Notes: generated by a model from the letters alone, not told the origin. A stretch of 64,000 nt of DNA from Minisyncoccota bacterium (GCA_035627655.1 DASPLI010000001.1:323355-387354); one strand, 5' to 3'. Positions 38,522 to 47,031 are shown, counted from the stretch's first letter. Made by a program: numbers and translations.

Positions 38522-38712
38522 CGAGGGAGTCTGCAGGTCGGCAGGAGCACAGCTTCCTGTGCTGCGGCTAGCGCGGCCTCGCGCGTCTCGCCGCTGCCGA
38601 GAACGGCACCGCGCTCGTCGCGCACCTGGTAGCCGAACACCTCGCAGGTATCCTGGAAATCCTCGTCCTCGTCGCTCCAGGAGTAGCGGGTAAGCGGTTC
38701 AATGTAGAGCAT
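38512..38712 (-). CDS. HicB-like (UPF0150) small protein, possible antitoxin
   Basis: 'MLYIEPLTRYSWSDEDEDFQDTCEVFGYQVRDERGAVLGSGETREAALAAAQEAV' aligns with the HicB N-terminal domain pattern (M.Y......y.v.fPdlpGc...GeT.eEAl.na.EA). The ORF-track N-terminal extension is probably spurious. Confidence 0.4.
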   Translation of the reverse strand: MLYIEPLTRYSWSDEDEDFQDTCEVFGYQVRDERGAVLGSGETREAALAAAQEAVLLPTCRLPRHA

Positions 38713-38926
38713 GCGTTGGTAGTTATGGATAACGCATGCCGCGAGTCGTCCACCCCGGCAGGGGTGGTAGTGCGGGGTGGTTCCCTTACCTCCCCTAGAT
38801 AGGGGAATGGGTGTCAGGTAGAGGATTCCGCGGGCAGTCGCGCGCGTTCGGGGGCTTTCCACAGGTTATGCAGCAAAGCGCCGCAGAGGGCTGCACAACG
38901 CCGCACTTGGCTGCTATACTCAGGGA

Positions 38927-39994
38927 ATGCGAACGCCGTATACCACCATCGACCTGTTTGCTGGCATCGGCGGAATCCGAAAGGGCTTCGAGGCTGCCGG
39001 CTTTTCTACTCTCTATGCAGCTGACAATGACGCTTACTGCAAAGCGACTTACGACCTGAACTTCGCCAAGAAAGGAGCGCCGCTCGCTCTCCAGGATGTG
39101 GCTGCCATAGACCGTGCATCTCTCCCTGACTTCGATGCGCTTCTTGCCGGGTTTCCGTGCCAATCGTTTTCTGTTGCCGGCAATAAAAAGGGATTCGAGG
39201 ATACCGGACGCGGAGACTTGTTCTTCGAGCTTATGAAGATCGTCGAAGAGCGCGAGGAAGAGAAAAAGCCGCGCGTGGTATTCCTCGAAAACGTAAAGAA
39301 CCTCCTTACGCACGACCACGGAAGGACCTTCGTAATCATCAACGAGAGGCTGGCTAATGCCGGATACCATGTCCGCTTCAGCCCGCTCAGTAGCGCAGAC
39401 TACGGAGACGTTCCGCAGGCGCGCGAGCGGGTCTACATCGTGGGCTTCAAAGACAAGGCCGCGCATGACGCATTCGAGTTTCCTGAGAAGCTGCCGCGCA
39501 AGAAAACCATCCTTGACGTACTTGAAGACGGGGTGGATGAGAAGTACTACTACCGCGAAGGGTGGCTGTATGACCGCATCAAGAACCAGGGGATGAAGCC
39601 TGGCCGCGTATACCAGTGGCGCCGCGTGCACCTTCGGGAAATCAAGAGCGGGATCTGCTGCACCCTCACGGCCAACATGGGCATGGGCGGGCACAACGTG
39701 CCGCTCGTGTGCGATAGCAAGGGGCTCCGCAGGCTTACGCCTCGAGAATGCCTGCGCTTGCAGGGCTTCCCTGACACCTTCAAGATTCCAGAGACCATTC
39801 CGGAGTCCCGGCTATACAAGCAGGTCGGCAATTCGGTGACCGTCAGCGTCATCGAGCGCATCGCGAAGAACATAAAGAAGGCTCTCGATGCTGCAGAGAA
39901 AGCGGCAGAAGTAGAAACTTATGGCAGACGTATTCACAAAGGAAAAGCGGAGCGAGATCATGTCGCGCATAAGGTCGCGGCACACGTCGCCTGA
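38927..39994 (+). CDS. dcm: DNA (cytosine-5)-methyltransferase
   Basis: Motif I 'DLFAGIGG', motif IV 'GFPCQSFSVAGN', motif VI 'ENVKNL', C-terminal TRD. Confidence 0.9.
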   Translation: MRTPYTTIDLFAGIGGIRKGFEAAGFSTLYAADNDAYCKATYDLNFAKKGAPLALQDVAAIDRASLPDFDALLAGFPCQSFSVAGNKKGFEDTGRGDLFFELMKIVEEREEEKKPRVVFLENVKNLLTHDHGRTFVIINERLANAGYHVRFSPLSSADYGDVPQARERVYIVGFKDKAAHDAFEFPEKLPRKKTILDVLEDGVDEKYYYREGWLYDRIKNQGMKPGRVYQWRRVHLREIKSGICCTLTANMGMGGHNVPLVCDSKGLRRLTPRECLRLQGFPDTFKIPETIPESRLYKQVGNSVTVSVIERIAKNIKKALDAAEKAAEVETYGRRIHKGKAERDHVAHKVAAHVA

Positions 39995-40328
39995 GCTGCT
40001 GGTATACCGCTACTTGCGCAGGGAAGGAGTCTACTTCCAGAAGCACTACAAGAAAGCGCCAGGCTCGCCGGACATAGCGCTACCGAAAAAGAAGATTGCC
40101 GTATTCATTGACGGCGACTTCTGGCATGGGTGGAAATTCGCTGAGCGCAGAGAGAAGCTGCCCGAAATCTACTGGCGGGAGAAGATTGAGAAGAACATTA
40201 AGAGGGACAAGGCGAGGAGGGCGAAGCTCAAGCGGATGGGATGGAAAGTTCTTCGCGTGTGGGAGCACGACTTGAAGAAGCGTCCAGAGGCTACTCTCGA
40301 GAAGATCCGGCTGTTCCTAGTCTCGTAG
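39921..40328 (+). CDS. vsr: Very-short-patch-repair endonuclease
   Basis: 'TKEKRSEIMSRIRSRHTSPE', 'DIALPKKKIAVFIDGDFWHG', 'RDKARRAKLKRMGWKVLRVWEHD'. Overlaps the dcm 3' end, as classic dcm-vsr pairs do. Confidence 0.85.
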   Translation: MADVFTKEKRSEIMSRIRSRHTSPELLVYRYLRREGVYFQKHYKKAPGSPDIALPKKKIAVFIDGDFWHGWKFAERREKLPEIYWREKIEKNIKRDKARRAKLKRMGWKVLRVWEHDLKKRPEATLEKIRLFLVS

Positions 40329-40395
40329 CGGCTGTCCACAGGAGTATTGACAAAGCGTACATAGGGTATACCCTGCATAAATACGACCTATCCTT

Positions 40396-40638
40396 ATGCA
40401 GGATTCACCTAAAAGGGGAAAAAAGAGCGAAAAGAGGGAGCGCTTTGAGCGTTTGGCCGAGTACCGCACGAACGAGGTGTTGCGGAAGTTGAAGACTCTG
40501 GGGAACTGCGGGAACCGCAGCGCCTACGAGTACACTGAAGACGAGGTGGGCAAGATATTCTCCGAGATCGAGCGGCAGGTAAAGGAGGCGCGCGCCAAAT
40601 TTACCTTCCCTAAGCGCTCGGGCAAGTTCACGCTCTAA
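40396..40638 (+). CDS. Small basic protein, first gene of the GHKL-ATPase operon
   Basis: 80 aa, Lys/Arg/Glu-rich; 16 nt upstream of the GHKL gene. Confidence 0.3.
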   Translation: MQDSPKRGKKSEKRERFERLAEYRTNEVLRKLKTLGNCGNRSAYEYTEDEVGKIFSEIERQVKEARAKFTFPKRSGKFTL

Positions 40639-40654
40639 AATTAAATACCCCGAC

Positions 40655-42529
40655 ATGAAAAAAGATGGCCTCGAATGGCACTTCCCAGACCTGCAGCACG
40701 CCGACTCCGAAGGCCTTAACGATCCATTGCTCCAGTATTTCGGGGGCAACCACAACCGCTACATAGCCCGCGAGGTCATACAGAACTCGATAGACGCCCG
40801 CAAGGACGATACGCAGCCAGTAGTGGTGAAGTTCACGCGCCTCGAGCTGCCTACTGCCGAGGTGCCGGGAGTCGCTGAGCTGAAGAAGCATTTGGAAGTC
40901 TGCTTGGAGCAGGCTAGGAGCGAGCAGAACGAAAAGGCGGAACGCTACTACGAGGACGCGGTGCGCGCTGCAGGCGAGCCGAAGACCATCGTGCTCCGCG
41001 CGTCGGACTTCAATACCTCCGGCCTTACGGGAGAGGACAAGGACAAGCGGGGCAAGTGGCACCGCCTCGTGCGCGCCGTAGGCGAGAACCAAATGTCAGG
41101 CGTGGGCGGAGGCTCATACGGCATCGGTAAGGGAGCGCCCTTCGTCGCTTCGCGCATGCGCACCGTCTACTACTCCACGAAGAATGAGGACGGCGACGTT
41201 ATCTTCCAGGGCAAGGCGCGGCTCATGAGCCACGAATTGAAAGGCAAGGAGTACCGAGGCGTAGGCTCTTTCGGCGTCGAGGGCTATAAGTCGGTAAGGG
41301 ATCCGAAGGCAATCCCGCCTGCTTTCTTGAGGCAGGAGCAGGGCACGGACATCAGCATCATAGGCTACATGCCTAACCTTGCATGGGCCGACGAGCTTGC
41401 GGCATCGGTGCTCGACAACTTCTGGATGGCGATCTACTCGGGCACTCTTGAAGTCGTCATAGGGAACAGCAGCGGCATAGGCGAGCTTCGCATCGACCGC
41501 TCGACTCTCCGCGAGCTCTTGGAGAAGCACTGCAAGGACAGCGGATTTATCTACTACAAGTGCGTCATTGACTCGAGCCGCACGTTCGAGAAGCAGCTCC
41601 CGCTTCTGGGGCTTTGCCGCTTGCACGTGCGCATCGAAGAGAAGTTTCCGCGCCATATCGCCGTCATGCGCAGGCCGAAGATGGTGGTCGACACCATGCG
41701 CTTCCCGAAGACGCTTCAGCAGCCGTTCGCAGGCGTCTTTATCTGCGACGATCCTGAAGGAAACAAGATACTCCGCGGCATGGAGCCGCCGGAGCACGAC
41801 AAGTGGGACCCGGATCTCGACCCCGTTAACGGCAGGGCTGCGCTCAGCGAGATACGCGAGTGGATGAAGCACAACCTTCTCGAGCTCGCCGAAGAAGAAA
41901 GCGGCGATCCTGAAGAGATTCCAGAGCTCGAGAAGTTCCTGCCGTATGACGAGGATTCGGAGCGCGCGTCGGAATCGAGCAAGAGCCGGACTCAGGCGAC
42001 GGGTACTGCCGGCCGCGATGAGAGCGCTATGGAAGTAGGCGCAGAGCGCGATGAGGAGGCGCGCGAGATCGAAGCTTTCGTGCACAAGCCGTCCTCGGTA
42101 AGGGATAACGACAAGGGCGGCATGGCCCCTGATTTCGACGACGACGGCAAGGGCGGAAGCGACGGGGGCAGCGGCGGAACTGGCGACGAATCCGGCGGCA
42201 AGGGAGCAGAGCGCATCAACACTTCGCAGGCGCGTTTCCGCATCATCTATACGGGCAAGAAGAAGGATCGTGCCGAGTACTGCCTCGTGATTACGCCGAT
42301 GATGGACCAGGAGGGAGGCGTGAACATCGTCGCTCTCGGAGAAGACTCGACCGTCTACCCGGTTTCCGTAGCCGAGGCCGAGGAGTGGGGAAAGAAGGCA
42401 AAGACGTACAAGCACAGTGGCTCGTTCATCGCAGGCCTGAAGCTCAAGAAGAACAAGCCTGTCCGCATCCGCATCGAAACTAAGTCCGCTTCGCGCTACG
42501 CGCTAGGCATCGAGAACCATGAAGGCTAA
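40655..42529 (+). CDS. MORC/MutL-like GHKL (Bergerat-fold) ATPase with a long acidic disordered linker and a C-terminal domain
   Basis: N-box 'IAREVIQNSIDA', G1-like 'SDFNTSGLTG', G2 'GGGSYGIGKGAPF'; acidic Gly/Asp/Ser-rich segment around residues 420-520. Confidence 0.6.
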   Translation: MKKDGLEWHFPDLQHADSEGLNDPLLQYFGGNHNRYIAREVIQNSIDARKDDTQPVVVKFTRLELPTAEVPGVAELKKHLEVCLEQARSEQNEKAERYYEDAVRAAGEPKTIVLRASDFNTSGLTGEDKDKRGKWHRLVRAVGENQMSGVGGGSYGIGKGAPFVASRMRTVYYSTKNEDGDVIFQGKARLMSHELKGKEYRGVGSFGVEGYKSVRDPKAIPPAFLRQEQGTDISIIGYMPNLAWADELAASVLDNFWMAIYSGTLEVVIGNSSGIGELRIDRSTLRELLEKHCKDSGFIYYKCVIDSSRTFEKQLPLLGLCRLHVRIEEKFPRHIAVMRRPKMVVDTMRFPKTLQQPFAGVFICDDPEGNKILRGMEPPEHDKWDPDLDPVNGRAALSEIREWMKHNLLELAEEESGDPEEIPELEKFLPYDEDSERASESSKSRTQATGTAGRDESAMEVGAERDEEAREIEAFVHKPSSVRDNDKGGMAPDFDDDGKGGSDGGSGGTGDESGGKGAERINTSQARFRIIYTGKKKDRAEYCLVITPMMDQEGGVNIVALGEDSTVYPVSVAEAEEWGKKAKTYKHSGSFIAGLKLKKNKPVRIRIETKSASRYALGIENHEG

Positions 42530-43343
42530 AAACATATCGTATCCATATCCGGTTCTCGGGAACGAGGACGACGTAAAGGGAACTTTCGACGTCTCCTTCA
42601 AGCACGCGCTTCGCCGGGAGGAAGTAGCGCTCATGGTCGGCTTCAAGCTCAAGAACAAGTCGCTTGAAAAGCTAGTAAAGGAGAAGAAGGCAGCATTCAC
42701 CGTCGAGGTGGAGTGTCCTGGCACCTTCTTCCGAAAGAGCTTCTCGACCTTCGAGCACGACGCCCGGTTTGTGATCGGCTCAGGTCTGGTGCGGGAGCAC
42801 GTGTCGGCAGCCTTCTATGTCCGCGCCGTCGAGCCGCTGCCTAAGTACAAGATCGACGGAAGCCACCCTGACTACGAGGGGTTCCCGTTCGACATAGGAG
42901 CGGGAGACGTGCTCGCGCTCGGAGGACACACCTCGTTCATCGCGGAGAAGGACTTCGACCCGATGCGCCCTGCGGTCTCGTCCTTGATAGCTATCAAGCC
43001 CGGCACGCATGCGGTCGGACCGATGCAGATCGACTACAGCCAGGACAAGATTCTCATTAAGCTCTCCGAGCGCGACTACAAGAACTACGGAATCGTAAAG
43101 GGCAGGGTGGGCATTGCAGGCGTGCTGCACGCATCCATCGTCCTTCCCGTACTGGCAGAAGCCATCAAGCTCGTACACGAGAAGGACCATGAGACGCAGG
43201 GAACGCACTGGCACAAGCGGCTTGAAATCATCCTGCGCCAGCAGGAGCTGCCGGCCGACGACGGGCTGCTCGCTGCGCAGAAGCTCTTGCGCAGCCCGCT
43301 CGAGCGGTGCTTATCAGGCCTCGCGGAGGATAGCGACGATTAA
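42519..43343 (+). CDS. Hypothetical protein, translationally coupled to the GHKL ATPase
   Basis: ATG overlaps the GHKL stop (ATGAAGGCTAA); no recognised motif. Confidence 0.4.
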   Translation: MKAKNISYPYPVLGNEDDVKGTFDVSFKHALRREEVALMVGFKLKNKSLEKLVKEKKAAFTVEVECPGTFFRKSFSTFEHDARFVIGSGLVREHVSAAFYVRAVEPLPKYKIDGSHPDYEGFPFDIGAGDVLALGGHTSFIAEKDFDPMRPAVSSLIAIKPGTHAVGPMQIDYSQDKILIKLSERDYKNYGIVKGRVGIAGVLHASIVLPVLAEAIKLVHEKDHETQGTHWHKRLEIILRQQELPADDGLLAAQKLLRSPLERCLSGLAEDSDD

Positions 43344-43344
43344 T

Positions 43345-44136
43345 ATGCCAAACCAAAATATCTTCAAAGGAATGTTCGTGTCAGAGCTCCGCGACAAGGT
43401 GCGCAACGGGGAATCGCTTTGCGACTACTTCAAGGCGGAGCTCGACTATCCTGCAGACGCGGTGATGGAGTCTCCTATAAAGGTAGTGCCCGAAAGCCTC
43501 GAACTGAAGTACAAAGGTCCGGGCGAGACGGTCAGCAACGATCTTGAGAATGCCATTGCGCTTTACGAAGCGTTTCCGGACTTAAACGAAACCCAAGCGT
43601 CGGACATCCGCCTGTGGACCTACCTGACGCACGTGTCCCTTCGCGACTACGTGCGCAAGCGCTGGCCTCTGGCAGGAACCTGCGAGCAGGCTATGAAGGA
43701 CAAGAAGACGAAGGAAGCCGCAATCAGCTACGTCCTAAGCCACTGGTTTGCATCGGGAGGCAACGACCGTTCGCTCCGCCGCAATGCTGCTGCCAGGCTT
43801 TGGTGGGCTGTGCGTCTGACCCGGGCGCCGTGGGAGCGCGACGAATTCTTCAAGGATCTTGGAGGTAAGGATGCGGACCCCTACCGATTCACGCGCACCC
43901 TGTTCTCGACGCAGGACGTCTATCAGCAGGTGCTTGAGCGAGGCCTGGGTCGCGACAACCGCATACTCATAACCGTTCTCGAGTTCATAGACGGACAGGA
44001 AGGCATCAAGCGCGAACAGATCCGCGACTTTATGAAGGAGCTAAACCTTGCGCTCTCTGTCCGCAACTTCTCGCTCCTCAGCAGGGAGGAAATGAAAGCG
44101 GCGATCTTCGAGCTCGGCAATGCAGCAGTTAAGTAG
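43345..44136 (+). CDS. Hypothetical protein of the same operon
   Basis: Starts 1 nt after the previous stop; conserved-looking 'WTYLTHVSLRDYVRKRW', 'LSHWFASGG'. Confidence 0.4.
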   Translation: MPNQNIFKGMFVSELRDKVRNGESLCDYFKAELDYPADAVMESPIKVVPESLELKYKGPGETVSNDLENAIALYEAFPDLNETQASDIRLWTYLTHVSLRDYVRKRWPLAGTCEQAMKDKKTKEAAISYVLSHWFASGGNDRSLRRNAAARLWWAVRLTRAPWERDEFFKDLGGKDADPYRFTRTLFSTQDVYQQVLERGLGRDNRILITVLEFIDGQEGIKREQIRDFMKELNLALSVRNFSLLSREEMKAAIFELGNAAVK

Positions 44137-44141
44137 CGATC

Positions 44142-44519
44142 ATGGAAGCAAGGCTGCCCGATCCTAAGGACTCGCTATACATTCGCACCTTGCTCTGGGC
44201 TTTTGAGCGTAAGAATACAGGGTTCACTATGGACGAGCTGAAAGCCGCGATGAATGTAGACGGCAGCGAATGGGAATGGCTTAAGTGGATGTTTACGGAA
44301 GGCTTGAACGGTGAAGCGCCTCTCATCCACTACAGGCATATGCCGAGCCAGAAATACACGTACTTCCTTACAGCATCAGGAACAGCTGCAACAATCGACT
44401 ACCTCGAGCTTAAGGAGGCGCAGCGAAGCGGAAGCCGAGCAACGCTCATCGCATTCATAGCCATCGCCATCTCCATTATAGTAGGAGCAGCCCAGATATA
44501 CTTCGACGCCTTTTACTAG
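44142..44519 (+). CDS. Small protein with a C-terminal TM anchor, last gene of the operon
   Basis: 'ATLIAFIAIAISIIVGAAQIYF' TM; 5-nt spacing from the previous gene. Confidence 0.35.
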   Translation: MEARLPDPKDSLYIRTLLWAFERKNTGFTMDELKAAMNVDGSEWEWLKWMFTEGLNGEAPLIHYRHMPSQKYTYFLTASGTAATIDYLELKEAQRSGSRATLIAFIAIAISIIVGAAQIYFDAFY

Positions 44520-44855
44520 AAGCCGCCAAGAGAACCCGTCCGCAGCACGGAGATCAGCAGGTAGCCTTAGAAGGCAATCGTCAGCTCCTCTGCAAGAGCG
44601 AGCCCACACAGAATACAGGTTGCATCCATTCCATTCGGGAGGGCCGCATCGCATACACAGACTTGTTCGTAGGTCATGCGACAAGACTAGCTGAGTCCCT
44701 ATTTATGCTTCGAGCTACCTAGAAAGGACTCTGTGGCTCAACTGCGGGATGTGAATGTGGCCTTGATGCTGCCGGATTTTAGTTCCAACAGCCTTCACGA
44801 TGTTGCGCAAGATAACAAAGCAAGAAGCCGCCTCTTGGCAGCTTCTTGCTTTGGG

Positions 44856-45146
44856 TTAAAGATACTCCTTTTCGTAGCGGCGCATGGCGTTCTCGATGAG
44901 CTTCAGGCCTTGGCCGCGCCTGGTAGTGATATATAGCCCGTCCTGCCCCTTCTCTGCGAGCCCGTCATCTATGAGCTTCTTGAGCTTGAGCGTTAGTGTG
45001 CGGGTCGAGATGCCTTCGAGCGAACGTTCTAGGTCGCAAAAGCGGCTTACTCCATGGTTGAGCTGGTACAGGATAAGCATCGTCCATTTATCCGAAAGCA
45101 GCTGGGCTACTTTGGTGATGGGGCAGGTCACTTCGGCTTTCTTCAT
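44856..45146 (-). CDS. HxlR-family (DUF24) winged-helix transcriptional regulator
   Basis: 'CPITKVAQLLSDKWTMLILYQL...RFCDLERSLEGISTRTLTLKLKKLIDDGL'. Confidence 0.75.
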   Translation of the reverse strand: MKKAEVTCPITKVAQLLSDKWTMLILYQLNHGVSRFCDLERSLEGISTRTLTLKLKKLIDDGLAEKGQDGLYITTRRGQGLKLIENAMRRYEKEYL

Positions 45147-45229
45147 GATTCCTGCACTATAGCAAGTGTATAGATACTTTACAATGTAAAGTAATACCGC
45201 TATACTCTCAGAACATAACGCATTTCTAT

Positions 45230-45841
45230 ATGAACACGCTCGCTAACGCAGAATCTATAAAGAAGACAGAAGAGGCTCTCAAGGCAAATGGCTTCGAACC
45301 GATACACGTAAAATCGAAGGAAGCGGCGCTCGAGAAGGTGAAGGAGCTTATCCCTGCGGGCGCATCGGTCATGAACGGCGCATCCAAGACGCTTCAAGAG
45401 ATCGGCCTCATCGAATACCTCAAGAGCGGGGAACATCCTTGGAACAACCTGCAGGACCCCATCCTTGCAGAGCCGGACCAGGCAAGGCAAGCCCAGATGC
45501 GCCGTGAAGCCGTAGTCTCTGATTTCTATCTCGGCAGCGTTCACGCTCTCACCGAGACAGGAGAGCTGACCGTCGCTTCGAATACGGGCAGCCAGCTTCC
45601 GCACCTCGTGTTCACGTCCCCGAACCTAGTCCTTGTAGTGGGAGCTAACAAGATAGTTCCGACGCTCAAGGATGCGTTCGTTCGACTCGACAAGCAGGTA
45701 CTGCCTCTTGAGAATGAGCGGATCCAAGGCCTATACGGGATTGATACCACATGGGCGAAGACCGTCATCCTCCACAAGGAAAACACCATGCTCGGACGCA
45801 AGGTCTACGTAGTCATCGTAGACGAGCAGCTTGGGTTCTAG
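45230..45841 (+). CDS. LUD-domain protein (LutC/YkgG-like)
   Basis: 'AASTGSV' variant 'ASNTGSQL...LVLVVGANKIVPTLKDA...RIQGLYGID'. Confidence 0.5.
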   Translation: MNTLANAESIKKTEEALKANGFEPIHVKSKEAALEKVKELIPAGASVMNGASKTLQEIGLIEYLKSGEHPWNNLQDPILAEPDQARQAQMRREAVVSDFYLGSVHALTETGELTVASNTGSQLPHLVFTSPNLVLVVGANKIVPTLKDAFVRLDKQVLPLENERIQGLYGIDTTWAKTVILHKENTMLGRKVYVVIVDEQLGF

Positions 45842-45850
45842 AGGTCGCAT

Positions 45851-45950
45851 CGACTAGTGAGGGAATATGGATGTGCCGCCCTGCGGCCAATGCCTCCCTG
45901 ATTCTGGTTCTAGTTATGTCGACGAGGTCGCGCAAAGCAAGAAGGCCGCC
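45851..45950. repeat. Intergenic ~100-nt element, copy 1 (about 70% identical to 46431..46545)
   Basis: Shared blocks 'ggg.atatggat.tgc', 'gcctccc.gattctggttc.a', 'gt.cag.agttcgcg', and a terminal hairpin/terminator-like 'aaggccgcctatgggcggtcttct'. Confidence 0.4.
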
Positions 45951-46381
45951 TATGGGCGGTCTTCTGCGTTAGCGTGATGGCTTCGTAGTGCAAGTGCGCG
46001 CACAAGACGCGGAGTCACGAATATGCCGAGAAGGAACAATCCCCACACACGCCCGGCAAACAGGTTATAGTCGGCGATAAGTTCACTCCAGGGTGCACCA
46101 TCGATGTAATGGCCAAACCCAAACTCGAATGCGACAGTCATGACTACCCAGAGTGCACCGATGAGCCACAGGACTTTCATTGGTACGTCGACCACCTTCT
46201 TGTGCAGCATCGCATATGCAAGCGCAACGTATGCTCCAATTGCGATGATCGTGCTTATCTGATGCGCAGCGAGGTCGCCAACATATGAAGCGTAGAAGCT
46301 CTCGCGGACTATACCGTTCGCAATAGCGATTGGGATGAAAAGAACCCAAGTAAGGATGGCTCGCAGAAGTAGTGTGTTCAT
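45950..46381 (-). CDS. Polytopic membrane protein
   Basis: Four or five TM helices. Confidence 0.4.
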   Translation of the reverse strand: MNTLLLRAILTWVLFIPIAIANGIVRESFYASYVGDLAAHQISTIIAIGAYVALAYAMLHKKVVDVPMKVLWLIGALWVVMTVAFEFGFGHYIDGAPWSELIADYNLFAGRVWGLFLLGIFVTPRLVRALALRSHHANAEDRP

Positions 46382-46430
46382 ACTCTATGCTCCTTTCTAC
46401 CCAATTCTACGCCGCTAGGAAGTTAAGGTT

Positions 46431-46545
46431 CGCTTAAGATGGGGGTATGGATATGCTCATTTTCAGCTAACGCCTCCCGTATTCTGGTTCCAACCGTGTT
46501 CAGTAGTTCGCGTACCGAAACGCAAAGAGGCTAAAGGCCTCTTCC
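46431..46545. repeat. Intergenic ~100-nt element, copy 2
   Basis: See copy 1; ends in hairpin 'gaggctaaaggcctc'. Confidence 0.4.
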
Positions 46546-46557
46546 GCCAGGTTATTA

Positions 46558-46929
46558 TTGACAATAATGGCCACCGTCCCTCAGTTCTTCAAAGGGTTTC
46601 CTGAGTCCAGAAAATTATTTCGCGTCGTTCGTGACTATATTGAGTCTTTGGGTGGGGTGAAAATAGAAGTGATGAGGACTCAGATTTCTTTCGGTACTCG
46701 AAGAAAATTTGCATGGGCATGGCTGCCTCAGAAATGGGCCACGGGTCGCCCAAAGAAAAGTCTTGTTGTAAGTTTCGTATCAACCGAACGTTTGCAGGAC
46801 AGGAGAATTGCTGAGGCTACCAAGGTTGGGGAACGAAGGTGGACACACCACGTCGTTCTCGAAGAAAGCGCAGATTTTGACGCAAGGGTAAAGAGTTGGA
46901 TACGTGATGCCTATAAAAGAGCGCTGTAG
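46558..46929 (+). CDS. Hypothetical protein
   Basis: ORF with plausible codon usage; no motif recognised. Confidence 0.3.
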   Translation: MTIMATVPQFFKGFPESRKLFRVVRDYIESLGGVKIEVMRTQISFGTRRKFAWAWLPQKWATGRPKKSLVVSFVSTERLQDRRIAEATKVGERRWTHHVVLEESADFDARVKSWIRDAYKRAL

Positions 46930-47031
46930 ATTCCGACGCTGTTCCAAACCAATTCTTCTTTAGATGGACTCCTTTACGCGAAAGTAATTTCGTAGTATTT
47001 TCTCATTCTCGTCAACCTACAGGAGAGACGA

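Noticed and set aside
38713-38862. N-terminal 50-aa extension of the HicB-like ORF as a possible fused HicA
   Set aside because: Weak resemblance only ('GGKGTTPHYHP'); lacks the HicA dsRBD pattern (GSHH...P.H); more likely an over-extended ORF call.
38862-38926. Promoter call upstream of dcm ('ttggct..tatact')
   Set aside because: The -35/-10-like hexamers are only about 3 nt apart, incompatible with a 17-nt spacer; not reported as a feature.
38795-39694. 299-aa minus-strand ORF
   Set aside because: Antisense to dcm, whose MTase motifs are clear on the + strand.
41114-42415. 433-aa minus-strand ORF
   Set aside because: Antisense to the GHKL ATPase gene, which has Bergerat motifs; shadow ORF.
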